Assembly: GCA_965208125.1 (NCBI GenBank)
Contig: OZ242320.1
Coordinates: 1,536,001 to 1,600,000 of the forward strand
Source: Candidatus Latescibacterota bacterium
GTDB lineage: Bacteria > Latescibacterota > UBA2968
Direction of reading: 5' to 3'
Length of the DNA: 64,000 bases
The position numbers were made by a program, and so were the translations under genes. The notes under the pieces are model-generated. The model was not told where the DNA came from and ran no database searches. It was given only the letters and a program-made list of their open reading frames with translations. This document shows, one piece after another, positions 10,743 through 21,245 of the stretch; positions within the stretch are counted from its first letter, which is position 1; every line of letters begins with the position of its first letter.

Positions 10743-10773
10743 CATTGCCTACCCTGATCAATCTCCCAGGCAA

Positions 10774-10820
10774 AAAGGAAACGGGTAGAGAATATAGCAA
10801 TCCTCTACCCGTTCTTTTTT
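10774..10820 (+). terminator. Terminator-like hairpin
   Basis: aacgggtagag...ctctacccgtt stem followed by a T run. Confidence 0.7.
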
Positions 10821-10846
10821 AATACCCCAATTGCAATTGAAGAGCA

Positions 10847-10874
10847 CGGGCGGGCACGGGGGCACCGCCCCTAC
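10847..10874. repeat. GTAG-type REP
   Basis: cgggcgggcacgggggcaccgcccctac. Confidence 0.75.
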
Positions 10875-10922
10875 ATATTATACATAACCTCATAAAGGGT
10901 CGGATGCTAACAACCCCTGGAA

Positions 10923-11264
10923 TCATGCATCTCCCGACAACGCCGGGACCCGGGACTCGAAGAAATCGGACGCCAGCATAATTTGATCCTGCTGGCGCAC
11001 CACAAGCCCTTTAACGCGAGGCAAATATTCATCAACCCATCGGGGATCGCTGCGCACGGCCTGCCGCGCCTGATCAAAATGGGTATAATCGCGATACGCC
11101 CAAATGTGAACAACGCGATTTAACTTCCCAATATCGGTATAATACCACCCGGCGAGTTTGACGCCATAGTCTTCGCGCAGAGGAAGCGCCACCTCGCGCA
11201 CCGCATCCATATAGGTCTGCAAAGCACCGGGATTCAGGTCATAGGTTCGCATGTCGTAAATCAT
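10923..11264 (-). CDS. NIPSNAP family protein
   Basis: IYDMRTYDL.PG, GWYYTDIG.LNRVVHIWAY and DPRW motifs. Confidence 0.9.
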   Translation of the reverse strand: MIYDMRTYDLNPGALQTYMDAVREVALPLREDYGVKLAGWYYTDIGKLNRVVHIWAYRDYTHFDQARQAVRSDPRWVDEYLPRVKGLVVRQQDQIMLASDFFESRVPALSGDA

Positions 11265-11491
11265 AGAAAATCTCCAAAAAGGGTGAGAAAGAAATCATTC
11301 ATGCCACATATAACACGAGAATTGCTGGTATCATAATTTAGTGGAAAAACCTCACAAATACTCAGCTTTTTTATACCTCTCCATATTTTTGTACCGGGAT
11401 CCATTTTTTCCCTCCAAATTTGACACCAAAAGCGTTTGCAGCCCGTCTAAGTGTTCGATTCAGCTTTAATACAGATCCCCATGAACACAAC

Positions 11492-11580
11492 GACCGGGCC
11501 GAGATATCCCTTCACTCCAGGCCCGGTCTTCGGGGGCGGCGTGGTAAATGGTATCCCTCCCTGCCGTCCCCTCATTTTTT
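11492..11580. ncRNA. Candidate twin-hairpin small RNA
   Basis: Two 9-bp GC stems; both loops contain TATCCCT(T/C)C; T-tract follows; lies in a ~900-bp region with no credible ORF. Confidence 0.35.
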
Positions 11581-11890
11581 ATGCATCCCGGAAAAATGAT
11601 TACCAAATGAAAATTATAGTTGTATTTCGGCAAATGGCAAGAAAAACCGTTACGGCCTAAAAAAATTGCCCGACTGATGCACTCACTGAACTTTTTATTA
11701 AAAAACTCAAGTTGTGAGGTATAAAAGCAGAAAGACTATACGCCAAAACACACCAGTGACCATATATCGTTTTTTTTCACCATATATAGTGAAAAAGATC
11801 TAAAATGCAGGTCGGATTTTTTAGAACAAAAAAATATATCTTTATTAAAAATAATCTTTTATGAATAAACTTATTTGTAGAAATCCCAAT

Positions 11891-11906
11891 TGGCATAGTT
11901 ATTGCT
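11891..11906 (+). promoter_or_regulatory. sigma54 -24/-12 promoter
   Basis: TGGCATAGTTATTGCT (GG-N10-GC); paired CCATATAT motifs upstream at 11760 and 11780; AT-rich spacer. Confidence 0.65.
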
Positions 11907-12167
11907 TACTAAAGGGTAGTGTCAATGATATACCAGCTATCCATCAACACAATCGTTTCTTGAGAAGGTGATTGCTTGCTTCTCATATTAAAAGAATGTC
12001 ATGGACATTTTGCAATCTTTTACGTCACAACTTGAGTTATAGAAGAAAATTTTGGCAAATAATCGAAGAGTAATTTGTATTTGGAGATTTGGAAATTATT
12101 ATTATTTCATTTGCAAATGTGAGATACACTATAAATCTGTTTTTTTGTCTATATCATAAGGTTTTTT

Positions 12168-15100
12168 ATGCTCAAATCACTTGACCGCAAAGGCATCTGG
12201 CGGACTTATTCCATGGCAGATGGCCTTCCGGGGCAACGCATTGAACACATCGCCGAAGACAGCGCGGGTTATCTCTGGTTCGCCACCTGGGACAATGGTG
12301 TTAGTCGCTTCGACGGAGACGGGTTCCAGAATTTTACGCGACAGGACGGGCTTATTGATGATCGTACTTATTTTGTTACACAAGACAGTCAGAGTCGATT
12401 GTGGTTCGGTACACTAAATGGTGTTTGCTGGTACGATGGATCAAACTTCCACCATTTGGAGGACGACGGGATTGCTGGTCGTCCTGTCCAGTTCATTTAT
12501 GAAGGCAGTGAGGGACGTATATGGTGTGGCGGTCACAGGACTCTGGGATATTACGATGGCACTATGTTCTACGACCTGATTCCGCTCTATCTGCAAGACT
12601 ACGATCAGCCACCTTCTCCTGAGTGGCCCAACCAGTGTCGGGGCATTGTCGAGGACCCAGAAGGTCACCTGTGGTTTGGCTTTAATTACCTCATCCGCTT
12701 CGATGGCACATCCTTCCACCGCTACGAGGAAAAAGAGGGTTTTCCGCCAGGCAAGATTAGCTATGCCGTGGAGCAGGACAATACCGGTAAGGTGTGGGTG
12801 GGGCAGCACGAAAACAAAAACGAACTCTGGTGCTATGTCGATGGCACCTTTCAACCTGTTGAGATAAATTTGGGTAGCCCACTGCGCAAAATTCAGTGCG
12901 ACAGGGAAGGTCGAATGTGGTTTAGCACTTCAGAAGGGGTACTCTATCAAGACGGTGATGGGTTCAGCAGGTTTACCCCTACCGATGGCCTGCCCCATCC
13001 CGCAGTCAAAGCTGTGTTGCAGGATCGCGATCATCAGTTCTGGTTCGCCACCTGGAGTGGCGTCGGCCTTTACGATGCACATAGTATCAGCGTTTTCGAC
13101 TTTAGCTCAAGGGGTTCTAAAAGAGTGAGCGAGATCTCCCAGATCGCACAAGATCGGCGAGGTGATATGTGGGTCGGGTATGTAGCTCCCGCTCTCAACC
13201 GGCTGGAGAAAAGCGTTTTTCGCTTTGACGGCGAGCACTTTGCCTTTGTAGGCACTGAGGATGGCTTTGATATCGACAACTGTTTCGCTATCTACGAGGA
13301 CCACGATGGGTGCCTGTGGTTTGGTGGTCACAATGGCTTGTTCCGCTACGATGGGAAGAAGCTCCAAAAAATGCAAACAATCGCAGGTTTAGGGAAAAGA
13401 AGTGTCAGTACAATTACCCAGGACTCGCAAGGACGATTTATTTTTGGCTATTGGGAAAGCAGCAACATAATCGAAAAAAAAGATCTTTTTGCCAGTCCTT
13501 TGAAGATCATTTATCAGCGGGGTGAGCAGTTTCAAACCATTTTTGTAAAAGATAAAAATAAGGATCCTTTCAGCTACATTGGTACTGTGATTACCGGGCG
13601 CGATAGCGAGGTTTATTTTCATCTCATTCACCAAAATTTTTCCGACAACGCTAAGAGTTTCGCGCGCTGGTATCCCGAAGATAAGCTCAAATTCTATGGG
13701 ATTGAGGATGGGCTGGTAGACAGCGGGGTCAACGACCTGCTGTTAGACTGCAATGGCAACCTGTGGATAGCTACTCAAAGAGGTCTCAGCCGCTTTGATG
13801 GCAGTACATTCCACAACTTCACGACTGAAGATGGTCTGCCGAGCAATGCCATCCGTTGCTTGTTCGAAGATTCGCAAGACCACCTCTGGCTCGGCACAGA
13901 CGGCGGCGTAGTTCACTTTGATGGTCAGTTTTTTCAGACCATCAAGTCACCGCATATAGGACCCGTTCTTCAGATACTCGAAGATCGCGACGGAGCTTTC
14001 TGGTTCGGTACAGCCCAAAATTCTCTGGTACGCTATCGTCAGCGACAGACGCCACCCATGATTCGCCTGCTTCAGGTCGTCGCCGGTCAGGTCTATGAGA
14101 ACCCGAAAGAAGTCATCGCCTCTACGACAGACCAACAGGTGACTTTCGAGTATAAGGGGATGAGTTTTTCCACACACCCCCGCGACATGCTCTATGTCTA
14201 TCGTCTTGAAGGATACGACCCCGACTGGCAACCTGCGACACGAAAGACGCGGGCCTACTACCGGAACTTGTCGCCGGGCGAGTACACCTTTCAGGTCAGA
14301 GCGATAGATCGCGACCTCAATTACTCGGAGATCGCGCAGGTGCAACTCTCCGTAGAAATGGACCCGCGCATCAGCGCACTGACCTCCATAATCAACAGCA
14401 CGGATGGCGTGGGCAAAGAATTCATCGGTGAGAGTGCGGCCCTGCACGCGTTTCAAATCCAACTCAAACAGGTCGCAGCCACTGACCTGACGGTACTATT
14501 TAAGGGCGAGACGGGTGTGGGCAAGGGACTGGCAGCGCGGGTATTACACACGCTGAGTTCCAAGTGCGATGGTCCCTTTATGCAGGTCAACTGCGGTGCA
14601 TTGCCAGCAACGTTGATCGACAGTGAACTCTTTGGTCACGAGAAGGGCGCGTTTACCAGCGCAGTGTCTCGCAAGCTGGGCAAGGTAGAACTGGCCAAGG
14701 GCGGCACACTCTTTTTGGACGAGGTCGGCGATATGACTCTGGAAACGCAGGCCAGGATGTTGCGCTTGCTGGAAGAGGGCACTTATGAGCGCGTTGGGGG
14801 TAGCGAGACACTATCGATACAGGCACGGATTGTGGCAGCGACCAATCGCGACCTTAAAGAGATGGTCAATGCAGGTACTTTCCGCGAGGACCTCTATTAT
14901 CGCCTCAATGCCTTTCCAATGTCTTTGCCGCCCCTGCGCGAGCGCAAGGAGGATATACCAGACCTCGCCGAGCTTTTCAAGACTCGCATGGCGACACATC
15001 TGAACAAGCAAATCGAGCCTTTGACCACAGAGGTGATAGAAGTGCTACAAGCCTACGATTGGCCAGGCAATGTGCGAGAACTGGAACATACGATAAACCG

Positions 15101-15347
15101 AGCCGTCATCGTGTGTCAAAATTCTCAAATTGAGGTTGCGGATATCGGCCTGATAAAAAGTAGCGATCCTGTTTCTCCAGACAGCGAAATCGTGCCAATG
15201 GCTGAATTTGAACGCCTCTATATCCTGAAAGCACTCAAAACGACCAACTGGAAGATAAGGGGAACCGAAGGCGCGGCGACGCTCCTGCAATTACCGCCTT
15301 CTACCCTGTATAACAAAATGAAAAAACTGGATATCAAGCGTACCTGA
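12168..15347 (+). CDS. sigma54-dependent activator with N-terminal two-component-regulator beta-propeller and Y_Y_Y domains
   Basis: Repeated DGL..I.ED..G.LWF.T; YRLEGYD..W...[12 protein letters not shown]; [45 protein letters not shown]; C-terminal Fis-type HTH. Confidence 0.92.
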   Translation: MLKSLDRKGIWRTYSMADGLPGQRIEHIAEDSAGYLWFATWDNGVSRFDGDGFQNFTRQDGLIDDRTYFVTQDSQSRLWFGTLNGVCWYDGSNFHHLEDDGIAGRPVQFIYEGSEGRIWCGGHRTLGYYDGTMFYDLIPLYLQDYDQPPSPEWPNQCRGIVEDPEGHLWFGFNYLIRFDGTSFHRYEEKEGFPPGKISYAVEQDNTGKVWVGQHENKNELWCYVDGTFQPVEINLGSPLRKIQCDREGRMWFSTSEGVLYQDGDGFSRFTPTDGLPHPAVKAVLQDRDHQFWFATWSGVGLYDAHSISVFDFSSRGSKRVSEISQIAQDRRGDMWVGYVAPALNRLEKSVFRFDGEHFAFVGTEDGFDIDNCFAIYEDHDGCLWFGGHNGLFRYDGKKLQKMQTIAGLGKRSVSTITQDSQGRFIFGYWESSNIIEKKDLFASPLKIIYQRGEQFQTIFVKDKNKDPFSYIGTVITGRDSEVYFHLIHQNFSDNAKSFARWYPEDKLKFYGIEDGLVDSGVNDLLLDCNGNLWIATQRGLSRFDGSTFHNFTTEDGLPSNAIRCLFEDSQDHLWLGTDGGVVHFDGQFFQTIKSPHIGPVLQILEDRDGAFWFGTAQNSLVRYRQRQTPPMIRLLQVVAGQVYENPKEVIASTTDQQVTFEYKGMSFSTHPRDMLYVYRLEGYDPDWQPATRKTRAYYRNLSPGEYTFQVRAIDRDLNYSEIAQVQLSVEMDPRISALTSIINSTDGVGKEFIGESAALHAFQIQLKQVAATDLTVLFKGETGVGKGLAARVLHTLSSKCDGPFMQVNCGALPATLIDSELFGHEKGAFTSAVSRKLGKVELAKGGTLFLDEVGDMTLETQARMLRLLEEGTYERVGGSETLSIQARIVAATNRDLKEMVNAGTFREDLYYRLNAFPMSLPPLRERKEDIPDLAELFKTRMATHLNKQIEPLTTEVIEVLQAYDWPGNVRELEHTINRAVIVCQNSQIEVADIGLIKSSDPVSPDSEIVPMAEFERLYILKALKTTNWKIRGTEGAATLLQLPPSTLYNKMKKLDIKRT

Positions 15348-15350
15348 TTA

Positions 15351-15454
15351 AACATCCGTATATGGATTGTAGTCCATATACGGATGTTTATATGTAACTA
15401 TTTATTAATCAATAACATAAGAGCCAGTCTGAATTTCTTTTGTACCGTATATGG
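15351..15454. promoter_or_regulatory. Putative upstream activator sites (three CCGTATATGG copies; 16-bp inverted repeat spanning 15351-15388)
   Basis: CCGTATATGG at 15356 and 15445, reverse complement at 15374; 100-200 bp upstream of a sigma54 promoter. Confidence 0.55.
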
Positions 15455-15556
15455 TTCAAAAGACATAAAATTCGGGCTGGTTTTTTTGTTAGTATAGAAA
15501 TTTTATCTCAAATAAAAATAATATCTTACGAGTATTTATTTGGATTCCATTCACAG

Positions 15557-15572
15557 TGGCACGCTTTTTGCA
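15557..15572 (+). promoter_or_regulatory. sigma54 -24/-12 promoter upstream of the LRR gene
   Basis: TGGCACGCTTTTTGCA, full consensus. Confidence 0.9.
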
Positions 15573-15679
15573 GTTATAAACTACTTTCAGGTCCCGTCAG
15601 GACCATGAACGACGTGAAGCACAAAGTTTCACAACCATAAAATCAAATCACATTTTATATCAGAGGGAGGAATTAGAAA

Positions 15680-15775
15680 ATGGTACACCAGCCAACATCG
15701 CAGCGATCACCACCCCTGCATGCTGCGAAAACCACACCCTGTTTTCAAATACGAAATAGTGTCCTGAATTTCTAA
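15680..15775 (+). CDS. Possible 31-aa small ORF/leader
   Basis: Strong RBS GGGAGG before ATG; MVHQPTSQRSPPLHAAKTTPCFQIRNSVLNF*. Confidence 0.3.
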   Translation: MVHQPTSQRSPPLHAAKTTPCFQIRNSVLNF

Positions 15776-15908
15776 AAAACATAAAACAAATCCATTGCCC
15801 CACATTTCTCACACTCAGCCCCCGTCAGGCTGATGAGCCCGGTGCTCTTGATTTTTTCCTATTCACTATCCACAGAAATGAAAAACTTTCTTTCATAAGG
15901 AATCCAAC

Positions 15909-18900
15909 ATGTCTAATCTGCTACACCTGCGTTCAACACATACCCTGAGCTTTGCACTTATGCTCATCGCGCTATTGTATCACCCCTTACCGCTCATTGC
16001 GGGATCTTCACCTGATTTTAATGGCGATGGCATTGTCGATAAATCCGACCTTCTGCTCTTGATCGGTGTGTATGGGTCCAGGGAAGGTGATGATAACTAT
16101 GATGCCAAATACGACCTGGATGGTGATGGCGTGATTGCACAGGGTGATTTGAGGATTCTTATAGGTAGGTATGGTCAAATGGTCGATTCGACCCCTTCAG
16201 TGGCGTTGCCGGTGTGTGAACGCACGCCTGCTGTGCGCGATTCGATTGTGACCTTAGCATCTGTAAGCACTTGCGGTGATGTGACGGCAACGCATCTATC
16301 TGCGATAGATTCTCTCAGTTTGAGAGGTGCAGGCCTGACAGCCTTGAAGGCTGGTGATTTTTCTGGTCTGACTGAACTGACAAAACTCAACCTATTTGAC
16401 AATACGCTCAGCAGCCTGCCCGATGGTCTCTTCGATGGCCTGACTGAACTGACCTGGCTGCATCTGGGTCGTAACCAACTAACCTCAATCCCCTCCGAAG
16501 TGGTCAAACAGACCAATCTCACTTCTCTGTGGCTTTGGGGCAATCAGTTGAGTGGTCCTGTTCCCGTTTCCGAATTGGTCAAACTATCCAACCTTGAGAC
16601 TCTGAGTCTTAGCTCCAATCAGTTCAGTGGGGAGATCCCTGTGGCATTGGGCAACCTGACCAACCTCACTTACCTGAGTCTTGGTGGTAACCAGTTGAGT
16701 GGTTCTATCCCTGCTTCCGAATTGGTCAAACTATCCAACCTTGAGACACTACATCTTTGGGGCAATCAGTTGAGTGGTTCTATCCCTGCTTCCGAATTGG
16801 TCAAACTATCCAACCTTATGGTACTGAATCTTAGCAACAATCAGTTGACTGGTGGTATTCCCCCTGAATTGGGCAACCTGACGAACCTTCAGCGCCTGCA
16901 GCTTGATCGCAATACCTTGGGCGGAGAGATTCCAACAGAATTGGGCAACCTATCCAACCTTCAGCGCCTGTATCTTTACTCCAATCAATTGACTGGTGGG
17001 ATTCCTATAGAATTGGGCAACCTGTCTAACCTGCAACGCTTATATCTTCACTCCAATCAGTTGACTGGTGGGATTCCTATAGAATTGGGCAACCTGACAA
17101 ACCTTGAGCGCCTGCGTCTTGAAAGGAATCAGTTGACTGGTGGGGTTCCTATAGAATTGGGCAGCTTATTTAATCTCACTTACCTCAATCTTAGCCGCAA
17201 TCAGTTGAGCGGAGGGATTCCTATAGAATTGGGTAACCTGACAAACCTCACTTACCTGAACCTCGGCGTGAATCAATTGAGTGGGCAGATCCCAATAGAA
17301 TTGGGCAACCTGACCAATCTTGAGTTGCTGGCAATCTGGAATAATGATTTGAGCGGTCCGATACCAACAGAATTCGGCAACCTGATCAACCTCTGGCACC
17401 TGAGCTTTGGCGGTAACCAATTAAGTGGTCCACTTCCCGTGGAATTGGGTAATCTGACCAACCTCACTTATATGACTTTTTGGAACAATCAATTGACTGG
17501 TGAGATTCCCTCAGAATTCGGCAACCTGACAAACCTCACGGAACTGCATCTCGGTGACAATGCACTTAGTGGTGAGATACCTCAGAGCCTGACAATGCTG
17601 ACGAAGCTGGAGACATTTTCATTTGGAGGTGAGGGAGGGCTATGTGCGCCAGCTGATCCGACCATTCAGATGTGGCTTGATGGCATAGAAGATGTCAACG
17701 GCCCGACTTGCGCCCCACCAGGCCAGCGCGAGGCATTGGTGGCGCTATACAATGCAACAGATGGAGGCAATTGGACAAATAACGACAATTGGCTAACCGA
17801 CAACGACATTTCCTCCTGGTATGGCGTCGAGATTTCTGACGGTTCGGTGACAGGATTGCGCCTGGAAGAAAACAATTTGACAGGAGAGATTCCAACAGAA
17901 TTGGGCAACCTGACTAACCTCAGGTGGCTGGTTCTTGTCGATAATAAGTTGAGTGGGGAGATCCCATCTCAATTGGGCAACTTGTCAAATCTTACAGGGC
18001 TGTGGCTTCACGATAATGAGTTGAGTGGCCTGATTCCTGCAGAGTTGGGCAACTTGTCCAACCTTGAGAAGCTGGAGTTTGACAGGAATGCGTTGACTGG
18101 GGAGATCCCCTCAGAATTGGGTAACCTTACCAATCTCAAGCACCTGGCTCTTAACAACAATGTGTTGAGTGGGGAGATCCCCTCAGAATTGGGTAACCTG
18201 ACGAACCTGGAGGAAATGAATCTTCATGATAATCAGTTGAGCGGTGCGATCCCTGCGGAATTAGGGAACCTGGCCAACCTTAATGCACTGAATCTTTGGA
18301 ATAATCAGTTAAGCGGTAGTATTCCAGAGGAATTAGGGAACCTATCTAACCTTGAGCGCCTGGAGCTTTGGGACAATCAGTTGAGTGGGGAGATCCCCTC
18401 AGAATTGGGTAACTTGTCCAACCTCACCATCCTGATTCTTGGCGTTGGCGACAATGCGTTAAGTGGCTCAATCCCACCCGAATTGGGCAACTTGTCCAAC
18501 CTTGAGGTACTGAAGCTTGACGGCAATGCGTTGAGCGGTGAGCTCCCATCAGAATTGGGCAACTTGTCCAACCTTAAGGAACTGAATCTTTGGGGCAATC
18601 CGTTGACTGGTACACTTCCCCAAAGCCTGACAATGCTGACAATGCTGGAGAACTTTCACTTTGGAGGTGGAGGATTATGTGCGCCGTCTGATGCGGCCTT
18701 TCAGGCATGGCTTCAGGGTATTGAAGATGTCAACGGCCCAACTTGCGCCCTACCAGGCCAGCGCGAGGCATTGGTGGCACTGTATAATACGACAGGTGGA
18801 GACAATTGGACGAATAATGACAACTGGCTCACCGACAACGACATCTCCTCCTGGTATGGCATCGGCGTTTCTGACGGTTCGGTGACAGGATTGCACCTGG

Positions 18901-20747
18901 GAGAGAACAACCTGACAGGAGAGATTCCTGCCGAATTGGGTAACCTGACAAACCTTGAGGACCTAAATCTTGTCGCCAATCAATTGAGCGGAGAGATCCC
19001 ACCTGAATTGGGCAACCTGACCAATCTCACCGCACTATGGCTCTGGGGCAATCAATTGACTGGGACGATCCCAACGGAATTGAGTAACTTGACAAATCTC
19101 AGGTACCTGGGTTTTGGACAGAATTCATTGAGCGGCTCGATTCCACCTGAATTGGGCAACTTGACCAATCTTATGGAACTGACTCTTAACGATAACCAAT
19201 TGAGTGGCTCCATTCCCTCAGAATTTGGCAACCTGACAAACCTCACTCTCCTGGGTCTTTGGACCAATCAGTTGACTGGTTCGATTCCCTCAGAATTGGG
19301 CAACTTGTCTAACCTTGAGGAACTGAGTCTCGGCGGCAATCAATTGACTGGAGAGATCCCATCTGAATTGAGTAACCTGACTAACCTTGAATCCCTGGGT
19401 CTTGAAGGCAATCAGTTGAGTGGGGAGATCCCAATAGAATTGGGCAATTTGACCAATCTTACAGGACTAATTCTCTGGGGCAATCAGTTGACTGGTGGAA
19501 TACCCGTAGAATTGGGTAACCTGACAAACCTTGAATACCTGGATCTTGTTGCCAATCAGTTGAGCGGAGAGATCCCATCTGAATTGGGCAACCTGACAAA
19601 CCTCATCTTCTTGGGGCTTCGCGGTAATCAGTTGAGTGGCTCTATTCCAACGGAATTGGGCAACTTGTCCAACCTTGAGGTACTGAAGCTTGACGATAAT
19701 GCGTTGAGCGGTGAGTTCCCATCAGAATTGGGCAATCTGTCCAACCTTAAGGAACTGAATCTTTGGGGCAATCCGTTGACTGGTGCACTTCCCCAAAGCC
19801 TGACAATGCTGACAATGCTGGAGAACTTTCACTTTGGAGGTGGAGGATTATGTGCGCCATCTGATGCGGCCTTTCAGGCATGGCTGCAGGGCATTGAAGA
19901 TGTCAACGGTCCGACTTGCCCCCCACCAGGTCAGCGCGAGGCATTGGTCGCACTATATAATGCAACGGATGGAGCCAATTGGACGAATAATGACAATTGG
20001 CTCACCGACAACGACATCTCCTCCTGGCATGGCGTCGAGGTTTCTGACGGTTCGGTGACAGGATTGCACCTGGGGGGTAATAATCTGACAGGTGAGATCC
20101 CAACTGAATTGACCAACCTGACAAACGTGACTTTCCTGAATTTTGGCGGTAATCAGTTGAGTGGCGCCATTCCAACGGAATTGGGCAACCTATCCAATCT
20201 TACTTATCTGTGGCTTAACGGTAATCAGTTGACTGGGGAGATTCCATCAGAATTGGGCAACCTGACTAATCTCACTGATCTTTGGCTTGGCGGTAATCAG
20301 TTGAGTGGCTCTATTCCAACGGAATTGAGCAATCTGTCCAACCTTAAGGAACTGAATCTTTGGGGCAATCAGTTGACTGGGCAGATACCAACTGAATTGG
20401 GCAACCTGACGAACCTTGAGAGACTGGATCTTAACGGTACTCAATTGACTGGGCAGATACCAGCAGAATTGGGCAGCCTGACAAACCTCACTTTCTTGGG
20501 GTTGGGGCTTAGTAGTGATTTGACTGGGCAGATACCAACTGAATTGGGCAACCTGACAAACCTCACAGAACTGTGGCTTGGCGGCAATCAGTTGACTGGT
20601 TCGCTACCTCAGAGTCTGACAATGCTGACGAAGCTACAGACATTTCACTTTTGGAGTGAGGGCGACCTATGTGCGCCGTCTGATGCGGCCTTTCAGACGT
20701 GGCTTCAGGGCATTGAAGATGCCAATGGCCCAACTTGCTCGCAATAG
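15909..20747 (+). CDS. Secreted giant leucine-rich-repeat protein (plant-type LRR) with N-terminal dockerin-like EF-hand pair
   Basis: Signal peptide; DFNGDGIVD..DLDGDGVI; dozens of 24-aa LGNLTNLxxLxLxxNQLSGxIPxE repeats in four blocks, separated by Cys caps and ALVALYNAT.G.NW caps. Confidence 0.92.
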   Translation: MSNLLHLRSTHTLSFALMLIALLYHPLPLIAGSSPDFNGDGIVDKSDLLLLIGVYGSREGDDNYDAKYDLDGDGVIAQGDLRILIGRYGQMVDSTPSVALPVCERTPAVRDSIVTLASVSTCGDVTATHLSAIDSLSLRGAGLTALKAGDFSGLTELTKLNLFDNTLSSLPDGLFDGLTELTWLHLGRNQLTSIPSEVVKQTNLTSLWLWGNQLSGPVPVSELVKLSNLETLSLSSNQFSGEIPVALGNLTNLTYLSLGGNQLSGSIPASELVKLSNLETLHLWGNQLSGSIPASELVKLSNLMVLNLSNNQLTGGIPPELGNLTNLQRLQLDRNTLGGEIPTELGNLSNLQRLYLYSNQLTGGIPIELGNLSNLQRLYLHSNQLTGGIPIELGNLTNLERLRLERNQLTGGVPIELGSLFNLTYLNLSRNQLSGGIPIELGNLTNLTYLNLGVNQLSGQIPIELGNLTNLELLAIWNNDLSGPIPTEFGNLINLWHLSFGGNQLSGPLPVELGNLTNLTYMTFWNNQLTGEIPSEFGNLTNLTELHLGDNALSGEIPQSLTMLTKLETFSFGGEGGLCAPADPTIQMWLDGIEDVNGPTCAPPGQREALVALYNATDGGNWTNNDNWLTDNDISSWYGVEISDGSVTGLRLEENNLTGEIPTELGNLTNLRWLVLVDNKLSGEIPSQLGNLSNLTGLWLHDNELSGLIPAELGNLSNLEKLEFDRNALTGEIPSELGNLTNLKHLALNNNVLSGEIPSELGNLTNLEEMNLHDNQLSGAIPAELGNLANLNALNLWNNQLSGSIPEELGNLSNLERLELWDNQLSGEIPSELGNLSNLTILILGVGDNALSGSIPPELGNLSNLEVLKLDGNALSGELPSELGNLSNLKELNLWGNPLTGTLPQSLTMLTMLENFHFGGGGLCAPSDAAFQAWLQGIEDVNGPTCALPGQREALVALYNTTGGDNWTNNDNWLTDNDISSWYGIGVSDGSVTGLHLGENNLTGEIPAELGNLTNLEDLNLVANQLSGEIPPELGNLTNLTALWLWGNQLTGTIPTELSNLTNLRYLGFGQNSLSGSIPPELGNLTNLMELTLNDNQLSGSIPSEFGNLTNLTLLGLWTNQLTGSIPSELGNLSNLEELSLGGNQLTGEIPSELSNLTNLESLGLEGNQLSGEIPIELGNLTNLTGLILWGNQLTGGIPVELGNLTNLEYLDLVANQLSGEIPSELGNLTNLIFLGLRGNQLSGSIPTELGNLSNLEVLKLDDNALSGEFPSELGNLSNLKELNLWGNPLTGALPQSLTMLTMLENFHFGGGGLCAPSDAAFQAWLQGIEDVNGPTCPPPGQREALVALYNATDGANWTNNDNWLTDNDISSWHGVEVSDGSVTGLHLGGNNLTGEIPTELTNLTNVTFLNFGGNQLSGAIPTELGNLSNLTYLWLNGNQLTGEIPSELGNLTNLTDLWLGGNQLSGSIPTELSNLSNLKELNLWGNQLTGQIPTELGNLTNLERLDLNGTQLTGQIPAELGSLTNLTFLGLGLSSDLTGQIPTELGNLTNLTELWLGGNQLTGSLPQSLTMLTKLQTFHFWSEGDLCAPSDAAFQTWLQGIEDANGPTCSQ

Positions 20748-20830
20748 GACACACTCGGACGAGACGATAAATAGAACAACCTGCGTAAACACTATGAGCG
20801 GAGGTGAATTTTAGACTCAGGAACCTGAGG

Positions 20831-21126
20831 TAAAACAAAAGGCCGTAAGCATTGCTCATTTGCAGCAAAAACGGCAGGAGGCTCTGTCGGATTGGTAGTC
20901 AGCCAGTGGTCCTCTGCCGCAACATACAGAGCAGGTATGGTCCAGCAAACTATAACCTGCTCTTTTTATGGGAATTATATACAAAAGTGGAGTTACCCCG
21001 CTTTGGTCGAGTATTTAGGGCTTACAAAGCCTTTATTGTGATTGTTACGCAATGAAGTAACTTTGGCAGAGCTAAAACAAAAGGCCGTAAGTGCTGTTCA
21101 TTTACAGCAAAAACTTACGGCCTTTT
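20831..21126. repeat. Imperfect direct repeat; the second copy forms a terminator-like hairpin next to tRNA-Gln
   Basis: aaaacaaaaggccgtaag..cattt.cagcaaaaac at ~20831 and ~21074; only the second copy closes with cttacggcctttt. Confidence 0.6.
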
Positions 21127-21137
21127 AAAAAATGAAA

Positions 21138-21208
21138 TTGCCCCCCAGGGATTCGAACCCCGATTCTACGGTCCAGAGCCGCATGTCTTGCCATTAGACC
21201 AGGGGGCA
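21138..21208 (-). tRNA. tRNA-Gln(CTG)
   Basis: Cloverleaf TGCCCCC...GGGGGCA; anticodon loop CTCTGGA; GGTTCGAATCC; CCA not encoded. Confidence 0.95.
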
Positions 21209-21245
21209 AAAATATATAATTAGCGTTTCGAGATAGCACGCCCCA

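Noticed and set aside
15351-15388. Inverted repeat containing TCCGTATA/TATATGGA, similar to the lox-like arms
   Set aside because: The arms overlap with no 8-bp spacer, and the position upstream of a sigma54 promoter favours activator sites. The similarity is probably coincidental.
15830-15860. CTGATGAG, a hammerhead ribozyme core
   Set aside because: No GAAA follows a stem II, and no closing stems were found.
16500-20600. Regular 72-nt repeats as a CRISPR array or DGR target
   Set aside because: They are in-frame LRR codons. There are no cas genes, no reverse transcriptase and no adenine-specific template/variable repeat pair.
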